Shown here: one piece after another, positions 52,628 through 64,000 of the stretch
How the letters are laid out: each line of letters opens with the position of its first letter
Position numbering within the stretch: the stretch's first letter is position 1
Assembly (NCBI RefSeq): GCF_006345805.1
Contig: NC_042997.1
Coordinates: forward strand, 36,766,001 to 36,830,000
Origin: Octopus sinensis
Lineage: Eukaryota
Direction of reading: 5' to 3'
DNA length: 64,000 nt
Notes under the pieces: generated by a model
What the model was told of the DNA's origin: nothing
The model's input: the letters and a program-made list of their open reading frames with translations, nothing else
Databases searched by the model: none
Made by a program: the position numbers and the translations under genes

Positions 52628-52943
52628 ATAATCAAAATAAGCAACAAGAATATCTTCGGTAATTTGGTACGATCGTTTCACGTTACATCATTTTATTAAA
52701 CATTGTAAGTATTACAACAGTTTAAAAATGTTGAGCAATCATCAACCATTTATAGAGGTTTTCATCAATACGTATTTATTTATAAAGGTTTTCATGAAAG
52801 CAGGGAAATAAGTATATGTATTATAAATGGCTGATGATTGTTCAACATTTTAAAACTGTTGTAATACTTACAATGTTTAATAAAATGATGTAGCGTGAAA
52901 CGATGGTACCAAATTACCGAATATATTCTTGTTGCTTATTTTG

Positions 52944-52948
<5 letters not shown>
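52628..52948. repeat. Palindromic element with ~125-bp inverted arms and ~70-bp spacer
   Basis: 52628-52754 is the reverse complement of 52822-52948; terminus ATAATCAAAATAAGCAAC also at ~14482. Confidence 0.9.
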
Positions 52949-52994
<46 letters not shown>

Positions 52995-53039
52995 GCATAT
53001 ATTGGTAGAGGAAGTAACCAACAGTAAATAACATGAAAT

Positions 53040-53290
53040 ACGAAAACAAATGAGTTCAATACGCATACAATGAGGGAAACTAATGGAAAAGAGGGCATGT
53101 AACACAAAGAACGACCTTTCTTCTGTTTATCTCGGGTGTGTACTCTTCTTTTCGAGCATTGAACGAGAAAATGAATCTTCCAAGACAGTTGCTCCCATAA
53201 GTACCAAAATAAAATTTTGGACTTATGGAGAGTCAAGGCTGGTAACAAATATAGTACAGTGGAGACATACAAGGAAATCCTTATGTTCTA
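53040..53290 (-). mobile_element. Third copy of the 16.9/17.6-kb dispersed repeat
   Basis: TTCGAGCATTGAACGAGAAAATGAATCTTCCAAGACAGTTGCTCCCATAAGTACCAAAATAAAAT...ACAGTGGAGACATACAA. Confidence 0.6.
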
Positions 53291-53418
53291 AATGCAGCCT
53301 AAGACAAAACAAACCAGTTTTCACTCTTTTGGCCCTGATGACCTGGACTAAGAGAGATAATCCGTTCTCGCTGACCAAGTAACACTTAATTTTTGGTGAC
53401 TTACTGTCAAAATAACCG

Positions 53419-53491
<73 letters not shown>

Positions 53492-53598
53492 TTAAGTCTC
53501 CCTTGACCTCAAGTGGCCTGAACTCTTTACATGAACACCACCCTGTACTTAACTCCATGTCCCCCTACATGGCCTTGCTATTTGCTTTTGAGCCAAAT

Positions 53599-53631
<33 letters not shown>

Positions 53632-53760
53632 CAGGTCATCCCATAAGTTCTGTCCGATTTTACCTTTTTTAAAATTGAATGAAATTAGTATTGTAGAATG
53701 TCTAATGTACTTAAAAATTATTTTTATACATTTCTGTACTTTTAAACTAATTAAGTATTA
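53632..53760. mobile_element. Mariner-like terminal fragment
   Basis: TA-TCAGGTCATCCCATAAGTTCTGTCCG resembles a mariner TIR, followed by AT-rich sequence. Confidence 0.4.
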
Positions 53761-53769
53761 TTTTACAGA

Positions 53770-54530
53770 AGAATAGAGTTAAAATTTAAAGACCTTGCAG
53801 AAGATGGTTTGCAAAGCTGGCCTTCAATTAGGTTTTCTGTTCCTAGGTTAATCGAAAACATAGATTGCAGTGCTACGCATAATCTTTGTCGGTACTTCAG
53901 CTATTTGGGGAAGAAAATACCACCAAAGCAACTTAAACCGTCCAAAGGACGGATGCATTTGCTAGTATCTAGTAAAATTTAATTGCCTTAAAATCCAATA
54001 TGTTTAACTTGTAGATTACACTTCTTTAGATATAGCCACAACTTGGATTACCATTTTAATAAAGAATGAACAGCTATGTGTGTGTTCAATAAAAAAAATT
54101 ACAAATGATACACCGTATATATTGTCTTCTTACCTACCTGAATTAGCGTACAAACCAAATGTCCTCAGGTTTCCAGACTTAGTGAAACTGATATAGGAGA
54201 ATAGCAGACGTATCTACGAATAAATGACGTTCTTGGTGATGAGTAAAATTGTAATATATCTATCATAAGCTTGACAGGCTCTAATGTATTAGAAGGTACA
54301 AAGAAAAATCGAATTCAAACGAATGCAAAAACGTGTACAGAAAAAGTAAAACAAAGACAATTTGGAAATAATGAGTAATACTACAACCCCAGTACTTTCC
54401 AGCACATTTCTAGCACTACACTTATTTCAAAGAAAAGAGTCAGTTTCATGAGCTCCTTAGAAAATCATAAACATTACTGGAGAATGTGAGGCAAGATATA
54501 TCATGGTGATTAAGTAAATAAGCCAATATT
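53770..54530 (+). mobile_element. Decayed LINE RT remnant, R4/Dong-like
   Basis: Degenerate QTYLRINDVLG (cf. ETYKYLGI) and NTTTPVLSSTF (cf. INTLAIPVLSYSF). Confidence 0.4.
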
Positions 54531-54536
54531 CGTCAC

Positions 54537-54755
54537 CTCTCTTTTACTCTTTTACTCTTTTACTTGTTTCAGTCATTGACAGCGGCCAGGCTGGAGCACC
54601 GCCTTTAGTCGAGCAAATCAACCCCGGGACTTATTCTTTGTAAGCCCAGTACTTATTCTATCGGTCTCTTTTTGCCGAACCGCTAAGTGACGGGGACGTA
54701 AGCACACGAGCATCGGTTGTCAAGCAATGCTAGGGGTACAAACACAGAAACACAA

Positions 54756-54806
<51 letters not shown>

Positions 54807-54990
54807 ATATATATATACACATATATACGACAGGCTTCTTTCAGTTTCCGTTTACCAAATCCACTCACAAGGCATTGGTCGGCCCGGGGCTATAGCAGAA
54901 GACACCTGCCCAAGATGCCACGCAGTGGGACTGAACCCGGAACCATGTGGTTGGTTAGCAAGCTACTTACCACACAGCCACTCCTGCGTC
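54537..54990 (-). mobile_element. tRNA-derived SINE, family A
   Basis: Reverse complement of the family A layout, including the (CTTTTACT)n tail. Confidence 0.92.
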
Positions 54991-55129
54991 TCTCATAACT
55001 AATATTTAAAGCTCCATCCAGTGATCAGCGCATATTTATGTGAAGTCCTTGTACAACGTGCAATGGTAGCAGGAAGCAAGTATAAATTGATTTCAGTGTA
55101 GAACTTACGAAATATTTAAAATCTATAAT

Positions 55130-55360
55130 TGCTGACATTTCTGACACACGTTATGAATGATTTGTCATTGAATAGAGAAGTAAGAACAATATTTGAAATT
55201 AAAACATTCTACATCAACTCTGACAAAACTAACACTAGGGGCGCCAACAGCACTATACTTGGTCGGAAGATAACACATCATGATGGGAAATCACGATTTA
55301 CGCAATGAAAAGCAGGAATTAATATCGAAATACAGAAGGAAAACAAATATTGCCTCACGA
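55130..55360 (+). mobile_element. Decayed PLE GIY-YIG C-terminal remnant
   Basis: IFEIKTF... and LRNEKQELISKYRRK resemble LLNKRSELISKCRH. Confidence 0.4.
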
Positions 55361-55583
55361 ATTTCAAATAATTACCGAAAGACTGACAACCCATAATTCA
55401 AAAACTAATCAGAAAGTTATACGGATACACTGTGTATCGAATATAATCGTTATAGCTTCCCTATCGTTCAACTACTTTACGAAAATATGTCTCGCGTCAG
55501 AGAAATTATTTAAAATTTCACAGCTTGAAGTATTATAGTCATGATATTAGCTTCAGTACTGAGTTTTCATTTGTTTGTAGAAA

Positions 55584-55657
<74 letters not shown>

Positions 55658-55719
55658 ATGTAAATCACTTTTTATACAAATGAGCAAATATACACGGTCA
55701 TATATATATATATATATAC

Positions 55720-55785
<66 letters not shown>

Positions 55786-55842
55786 GTAGGTAGGTGGGTA
55801 GGTAGGTAGGTTGGTAGGTAGGTTGGTATGTAGGTTGGTAGG
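55584..55842. repeat. (CTA)n, then (TAGA)n grading into (TAGG)n
   Basis: Directly visible. Confidence 0.9.
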
Positions 55843-55920
55843 TATCATTTCATTCCCTATTCTAATAATTGCTATGGTATTTTGTTCGCCCAATGTTTTC
55901 TTTATATAATAGTGCTTGTG

Positions 55921-56706
55921 TGCTTAGTAAATATTTCTTTCATTATATTATCAGTCTCTCTTTGTCAACGAAATATCATGGTAGGCCGTTACGTTTAGCT
56001 TTCGTTATCTCGATTCCGTTGACTGAAAATTCGTCTACTGCGGCCCTTTGGTCGACGCAGCTTTGGCAGGCATCGCTAAAACATTTGCGACCCTCCTGTA
56101 CGATGAGGTATGCCAACTGAACGCTGCCTTCCACTCCAAGTTTCGCCTCATCTGATCGGATAGATATGACAACACCAAGTGTACGAAGGTGAGAAGAAGG
56201 ATAAGGTCGAGGAGGCCGTGAAATAGCAGTCTGAGGAAGTGAACAGCGATAGTGGAGACAACAACAACGAAGGCTTGGAGGGTTACTTCTTCAGTGGTGT
56301 CACCCAACAAAAAGAGAGCAGAAACCTCAGGTTACTGAAGAACAAGACCCAGAATTTAGTAAAGACCTGGTTAGAGACCAATTCCAAAAATGCACAAACA
56401 GACGCTGCCTTCTTGAGTGAGCAAGTGTTTGTGGATTTGTTCAAGTTCAACATAGCCATCCCTTCCAGTGCTGCAATTGAACGTTTATTTTCCATGGGCA
56501 TGGACATCTCGAGTGCCAAGAAGAGATCATCCTTGTCTGATGAAAATTTTGCTTAGTAAATATTTCTTTCATTATATTATCAGTCATAATCTCTCTTTGT
56601 CAACGAAACATCATGGTAGGCCGTTACGTTTAGCTTTCGTTATCTCGATTCCGTTGACTGAAAATTCGTCTACTGCGGCCCCTTGGTCGACGCAGTTTTG
56701 GCAGGC
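55921..56706 (+). mobile_element. hAT transposase C-terminal fragment with partial tandem duplication
   Basis: VYCGPLVDAALAGIAKTFATLL...AAFHSKFRL; FNIAIPSSAAIERLFSMG...KRSSLSDENF (hAT dimerisation-like); 55921-56070 repeated at 56551-56706. Confidence 0.8.
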
Positions 56707-57311
56707 AAAGGGGAACATGAATCTTATCAACAAAATGGAGATGGGGAAAAATTAAATTATGTATACATTGCGTTTTTCATTTTTTACAACTTTCTAACGG
56801 CCATTTTATCAATAAACACTTTTTTAGTTTAATACTAATATTGCATTTCATTTGAGGGTTTTTTTAACTCTTTCCTGGTTGTAAATCTAGACGTAATAAA
56901 TACCTATAGCGTTGCTACTACACACGTTATATCTACTGAATAAGAGATATGACCAACTTCTCTAAGAACTCGTCCGAAGAACAATGTTTCCATGCATTTC
57001 ATATAGAATGCGACAGAAAATAACAGTTGCCTTAAGAACATGAAATAATGTAAATTCTAACGTGTAAGAATTAAAATTTAAGAACCAAATCATTAACTTT
57101 CAAACGAATTAGAAATTTCCTAGCCTTTACACGTGCAGAAATGCTGCTAAAATATAAGAAAAATAGAAAAGAGTAAAACGACTAAGATAGGCCTGGATTG
57201 AACATTCTCTTTTGGAAGTAGCAATTCATACCGTTTTATTAACTGCTTCTATATATTCTTAAGCAATTTATATGAAACTTAGTACACGCTTCAATACATT
57301 TAGATAATAGA

Positions 57312-57351
<40 letters not shown>

Positions 57352-57431
57352 TTATTCTGAAATTTGTGCCACACTGTTTGGTGATACTTGGATATTTCTT
57401 GAATTTTGTATGTAAAATTGTTTATGAAGTA

Positions 57432-57827
57432 CTAGCAGTATCGCCCGGCGTTGCTCGGGTTTGTAAGGGAAAAAACTATATAAGCATTTTTAGAGATGTA
57501 AAGTATAATAGCCATCACAATATGGCTAACCACAAAGGGGGGGGGGGTGTTACTATAGCTTTTTACGTTCTGAGATTTAATAATAAATTTTTAGAGAGTT
57601 ACCTCCCTTATATATGTCAAAAATGCATTAAAATGGGAAAAATTGATGGTAAATTCTTTTTAAAATCGTAGACTCATCGTAGACGCGCGCTAATACCCAG
57701 AAGGGCTTGATATGAATCACGACTATAAGATACCCGGTTTTGGTTAAACTGCACCGCAAAATGTGGGAGTAGTTAGGAATCTAAATCGTAGGAGACAGAC
57801 ACACAACTTCACTTTTATATATAAAGA
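57432..57827 (-). mobile_element. Non-autonomous Helitron, ~400 bp
   Basis: Minus strand starts A|TC at 57827 and ends CTAG|T at 57432, with hairpin CCCGGCGTTGCTCGGG at 57444-57459. Confidence 0.8.
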
Positions 57828-59149
57828 TTTTCCTAATTATACTATATCTGCATTTGAAATTTCAGTTTCAATTTCAGTTTCAGAAAATTCGAGTCAGGAA
57901 AGATTTCATAAATGACAATATTTGTACGTAGTAAAATTTATTTAGGTTCCTGTTTTATTCATATATTTCGATTATTTGCAACAACGTTTGATTCAATATT
58001 ATTCTATTTAAGTGATTTGTCTATCATCATACGCTGGCTTAACATAGTAGTTGTTGTTCCTAACGACGTGTTAAGCAAAGTAAACAATATTCTTTTCTAT
58101 TTCCTTTCGGCTTTTCGAACCGAGTTACTTTTACTAATATTAGACGAAATGGTAATTATATGAAACATAATTTTACACATAATACTACTGAACTGCAATA
58201 GTCTAAGCAATGTTTACAGATTAGGTTGAAGTAGGTGTTAGCTCACTGGTGACCTTAATTTGCAAAATAGGTTATATTTATATGACAAGAAAATTCACTC
58301 TTAAATTGTTCTATGTTGTTGTTTCCATGAAGTTCGCCAGTAATAATTAGTATCGTGTAAATTAACAATCGTAATTGTGTTCCTCAGATTATGTATATGA
58401 AGAATATTCACATCTTTTCCATTTAGCATTAGTTTGTCAATCATATTTTCTATATAGATATTTGATGATCTCCAGCAAAAATTCCAAAATAGAAATGTAA
58501 ATTAACAACACAGATAGGCAGCTCTCAGGTCTCAATCTCTTAGACGGCCATTAAATAAATGAATCAGAGAAAACATATAAGTGTATTCATCAAAATCAGA
58601 ATAGCACATAACTGGCTTTCCCGGATCTATTTGCAGTTTTCCTTAGATTATTCTTGCAACACCATGTCTTGAATGTGTTAGGCTTATCTGAAAACATTCA
58701 AAGTTTTCATTGATGCAAGATAGGTTTTGAACCGAAATAAAAAGCCTCCGGTGCATGATAGAGAAACAATTTTCTGTAAATTTCCAATTCCATTCTTATT
58801 TTCTTTGAATAATGTAGTGATATGAAACTGAAAATGAGGGTTGGTTCCAAATTTCTCCTTTAGTATAAGGATGTGATTAGTATATCAGATATATTTCATA
58901 TATTAACACATTTCTAATTTCTGTCGAATGATACTGCGGAGTAAATTTCCATTCATTCTTTAATGACATATAAAATTACTTTGAAATACTTTCTAAACAT
59001 AATTCTCAATCAATACATCAGTCGTTATATTACTGAAATAAGTCATTTTTCAAACGAAGAATGTCAAACACAAACACATAAGGTTTAACGTATCTAATTA
59101 TGTATGTATGTATATATGTATATATAGGGCGTATAATGCAGCACATATC

Positions 59150-59700
59150 GAGCAGATGTCAGTAATGCCTGTGCAGAATTTTAGGTCCAATAAGGCTTGA
59201 ACGACACCTCATAGACCCTCTCAAATTTATTGACATTATACAGAGACAATCCACAGCAAGATGTCTGGTGCCAATATTAGTCGCAGGCTCAGGGATGTGG
59301 GAGCGCCGTGATCTTTAGCACAATCCCCAAATCTCCAAAATGTCCAATGTCCAATGCCATTCCCTGCATATCTGGGAACTTGTGAATGGAAAGAGACCCC
59401 CGCAGAAACTAATGTTGTGTCAAGTGTTCATTAAAGGCCTATGATATGCAGGAAGGTGACTGGGAGAGCATTGACTGCCATCGCCACAGATGGAGGAATA
59501 AGATTAAGTAGGGATCGACACTTTTGAGGGAGCACGAATTCTGCATGAAGACCTTAAGCGTGCTGATTGAAAGTGCACTGCTGGTGAAGTGAATGGGGAA
59601 AGCTTGGTTTGCAATGTTTAGAGTCGTATGTGCTTGTCAAGAGCAGGGTTCATTAGCCACCAACATAGCCGCAAATACAAAATATTAGTTAGTCTTAGAA
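59150..59700 (+). mobile_element. RTE (BovB-like) LINE 3' remnant
   Basis: ELVNGKRP, WESIDCHRHRWRNKI and terminal C2H2-like CLSRAGFISHQHS. Confidence 0.7.
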
Positions 59701-59761
59701 CGCACAATGTTCCTGAAGGTCAGCTATGGTCTTCCTTTGGAGTGGCTGGCCATTATGCATG

Positions 59762-59814
<53 letters not shown>

Positions 59815-60758
59815 CAAGTCGTGGTCAAGGAATCGGAAAATGAACCTCTAGAAACACGTGTAGCCGAGATATAAGTAGTAAGTATTAAATTAAATTAAAA
59901 TTATTTTATATGGTAGGATGAAGTGGCCTACTATCTCTAAATGAATATATATATATATGCATGTAAGTGAATTGTTACCAAATCTAACGAATAATAAATA
60001 TGGTACTGAACCGCCGCGCAAATACTAAATAATTTATCATGAGTATGGGCATCTAATGTGCAACAAATGAAGAGAAGCATTTCGAGTAGCCTATTACGAA
60101 GCTTAAGCAACGCAAGACATCATCAACAGTTTTACATTACGACGTCATTAAACGTATCTTGTTATAGAAAAAAACAAATCATAAAAACAGACATACATAT
60201 AATATATGTGTACATATAGCCTCATATCGAAAATAGAGTGAAATAGAGACATGTCATTGGTGTGAGATAGAGACGCTTACACTTAGATAGGGAATTAAAT
60301 ACAAACTTAGAAATCCTACAAAACAACACCCTAAAACTTCTACTGAAAATATATTTACTGTAATACTCTTTGATATATCGATTACTTGTTAATATGTCGG
60401 TTTCAAACATATCGATTAGATACGCATAGATAGAACTCGTGTTCATGTAAGAGTCTTTCCTTTTGTGTTGTTACGTTTTACTGATATGGAAAGTGTATTC
60501 TGTATAATGTCTCCGGTTAATAGGAAAAGAATAGTAAATCAATATGAAATTATTACAGAATTCGAATTTATCTTGACTATCAACTTCTATAGACACACAC
60601 ATTAATATATATGTATATATGAAGAGATGAAGAGAGAGGGAGAGAGAGAGAGCAAGAGAGAGACATCTACACATATACATACATACATATACATATATAT
60701 ATATGTGTGTGTGTATGTGTGTATTTATATGTGTATATATATATGTGTATAAATATAT

Positions 60759-60803
<45 letters not shown>

Positions 60804-61558
60804 ATACTATATGTTCATGCGTGGAGACAAAAGGAAAACTAGGAAATATGTTTAACAAATTCATATACTGATGTATATGTGAATGTGTATAGAAACATAT
60901 ACATATATACTCACACACACATACATACATAATTACATACATATATACATACATGTACACACATACATAGACGTATCTATAATCATAAGTTCCGATCAGC
61001 CATTTCTGTGCTCGAATGTTTGTGCAGCTTTTACTTTCATATTTTAGTCGAATAACAACTAAAACGCAAACCGACCCAGTAAGAGATTAATCGAGGATAA
61101 ACAGCATTAAATCTTGAAAACCAAAATCCGATCTCTCTCAGTTCAGCTAATATAGCTTCTTGTAGCTAAATTCTTACTACGTTTCGTGAACTTAACTGCT
61201 GTCCTGTCAACCAATTATTGCAGTTTTGAATTGTATCCCCCTCCTACAAAAATAACCATAATTTTCAAGGTGGCTTTTTCACACGCTGATACATTACCTA
61301 GATTATGGCTATAACGTAAAATGTTGATCAACATATTCACATTTACCGTTATTTTGAAGACTTATCTTGCATCGAAGTGAATATTTTCGCCAAAATATAA
61401 CCTTTGTAGATTAGAGATAAAAAAAGGTAGAAAAAATACGCATACATACAAACGTACAAATATACATTGATATATGGCATCGTTCTATAGCTTATAAGTT
61501 ATATAAGGTTGCATACATATGCACACACACACATATGCATATATATATATATACATAC

Positions 61559-61605
<47 letters not shown>

Positions 61606-63136
61606 TACATGCATACGTTCATACATATAGAGATACACGCATGCTTATATACACGCACACACACAGACATTTATATGTATGTATGTATGTTATAACTCAA
61701 GTAGTAAATTTTTCAATTTCCCTAACACAGAATTCAGAGCGTATTTGTCCTTAACATTCAAAACGAGGTGGTGACTATGGGTGATTATTGGCGCGTTAGA
61801 TTCATAACCTGGCCTTACTTACTGTGGTTCCTTGTGCTATGTGTTCAAATGAAACGAAAATCAGCTTCCTTCTTTATCTCTTTAGGGTTGAGATACAAAA
61901 TGCTTCTCCACTACAGACACTGAATTGTTACAGCTAGAGAAGTATAGGTCAGTGCACGTTATGAAACACAAGGCCAGCTGTAAGCCAAGATGGTGCTGCT
62001 TTAACTCAATCTGGAACCAGTAGTGACGGAAGGAAAGCATATTTAAGTGTTCATGTTAAATTGCTGGAGATGTTTGACAATAATGAAATCAGCAAATATT
62101 ATTTTTTTAAATCTGTTTGCAAGCCTATCAGATAAGATTTAATATTCCGCTGCCCAAAGAATAAGGATCTTTGCTTGAATCGTATCCTAGTGTCTCTGGG
62201 TGCGACAGAAATTGCTCGGCAGATAGGTTACGTGTTTGCAATCATATTCTTATCTAGCAGCTGCATTTGGAAGTTGGAATCTGTTTGGTATAATGTGAAT
62301 AACAAAAACATAGTGCCCCATAGATCAACTGTTTGACATTTGTAGCTACTTAAGACTGTGGTTCAATATTTCCATTCCCTTCGATGCTAACATCTATTTC
62401 GCTACTTCGGTAAGAAAATTCTAGAATATAGTTTCGGCAATTATGCACAGCTGCATACGGAATGGCACTTGCAAAGCAGCATTCACATACAGAACTCAAC
62501 AATAGATTTATATACATACTTATATATACAAGCTACTTATCACCAGCTCAACAAGGATAACAATACAAGTGAACCACCTGAAACAAGTGATGCTGTGTCA
62601 ATATTCACACGACTTCAGAAGTGCCAGCAATTATTCTCTCTCTGTAATAAATACGCCTCCATATACTGAACAATATATGCTCAATACATACCTCTTGCCT
62701 ATCTCTCACCAGAATGTCTCTTTATTCCTTCTCTCAGTATTTGAATCTGCTAGCATTCATTTTTCAATACTTTCCCTCTTCTCACCATGCTGTACCACTT
62801 AATTATTTTTTGGGTCCTGGATTTACCTAAAGAAGACTCGATCTTACTGGATTTAATTACACTTTCCGACCCTCCTCGACATAATAAGCAAAAATAAATA
62901 TCACTGATGAGAAACATTCTTCCTCTGTCTCACCTAGACGGAATATCCAACATACTGGGTCTTCGCTAGATACGATGTTCCAAAATCAGGGTTATCACTG
63001 AAGCAGCTGTCAAAGACTATATTTATTATTTTGCAAAAATTAATCTCCCTACCCTATATTGCCTAACTGCCTAACTGCTTAGATTTCCTCGCTACTTTAG
63101 GCTATATACATATATACATACATATACATACATACA

Positions 63137-63227
<91 letters not shown>

Positions 63228-63548
63228 CGGCACTCAGTCAGTTACAACAAAGAGGGTTCCAGTTGATCCGATCAACGGAGCACCCTGCACGAGTGACGTT
63301 AACGCTTTTCTCGGGGAGATTCAGCGTGACACAGAATTTGACAAGGCTGGCATTTTGAAGTACAGATACAACAGAAACAAGAAAAAAGAGTGAGAGGAAG
63401 TTGTGATGAGAGAGTATAACAGGGTTCGTCACCAACCCCTGCTGAAGCATTGTGGTGTTTTAAGTGCTTTCATTTAATAAACATACACAACGCCCGGTTT
63501 GGGGGTCGAAAACGCGAGTCCGCTGCCCTAACCACTGGACAATTACAC
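63228..63548 (-). mobile_element. tRNA-derived SINE, family B, diverged
   Basis: GAGGGTTCCAGTTGATCCGATCAACGG...CAGCGTGACACAGA...GAGTCCGCTGCCCTAACCACTG. Confidence 0.85.
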
Positions 63549-64000
63549 TTCTCTCTCTCTCTCTAACTACACACAGACACACACCTATATATATCTGTAT
63601 ACACACACATACACACACACACACACATGCACACACACATATATATATATATATGTATATTTACATATACTTGTAATATAGGATAACATTTTTTTTGCAA
63701 AAACATTCCATCAAAGTGGCCATCATATTCAAATACCTTTAAAAGTTAAAATTATAACCAATTATAAGCAAGGACAAAAGAAAGAATGATTTCTATGTCA
63801 ATATTCTGAGAATATATTTGAATCGTCAATCACCACATTACAATATACATTCACTATCAATACACCTCGTGCTGAAATCGAGGAAGGCAAGTTAAGAGAC
63901 TTTTTTTTAAATTCTTTATCTCTCTATGTATGTATATATGAATGTATGTATATATGTATGTATGTTTGTATATACTTTACTATAATTTACAAGCATAGCT

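Noticed and set aside
53769-53981. 70-codon open frame after a TTTTACAG acceptor, in phase with the 52-kb candidate exon
   Set aside because: Appears continuous with downstream LINE RT remnants, so better explained as decayed retroelement
57912-58163. 83-aa hydrophobic ORF
   Set aside because: T-rich composition explains the hydrophobicity; no motif or splice support
61950-62400. Possible minus-strand RTE remnant
   Set aside because: Similarity limited to one weak stretch; not supportable without a search
62900-62935. CTGATGA-GAAAC...GTC hammerhead-like string
   Set aside because: No P2 and no P1 pairing; probably chance

Overview
AT-rich, microsatellite-dense eukaryotic DNA. The tRNA-derived SINE families and (TA/TG/TAGA)n load suggest an octopus or other coleoid cephalopod (inference). 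No host protein-coding gene could be confidently identified; the window looks intronic or intergenic, and most entries in the ORF track are microsatellite or antisense-SINE artefacts. It is a layered transposon graveyard: four tRNA-SINE types, two non-autonomous Helitrons, two mariners, two Tc1-like elements, a hAT fragment, and LINE remnants resembling RTE, Tx1/L1, CR1-like, Hero and R4/Dong, plus Penelope-like elements (PLEs). Highlights: (1) a 5.2-kb PLE-derived fold-back with ~0.9-kb inverted arms, each ending in a candidate type I hammerhead ribozyme with a near-palindromic P3; (2) a second hammerhead-like motif in a 320-bp palindrome; (3) a SINE and a CR1-like LINE sharing a 3' tail with a structurally conserved stem-loop; (4) a multi-patch templated-insertion scar that overwrote an RT YADD motif; (5) a head-to-tail array of an (AAT)n-targeting element; (6) a 4x184-bp tandemly amplified SINE; (7) two low-confidence candidate exons for small secreted proteins. 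Family names come from remembered motif similarity, not database searches.
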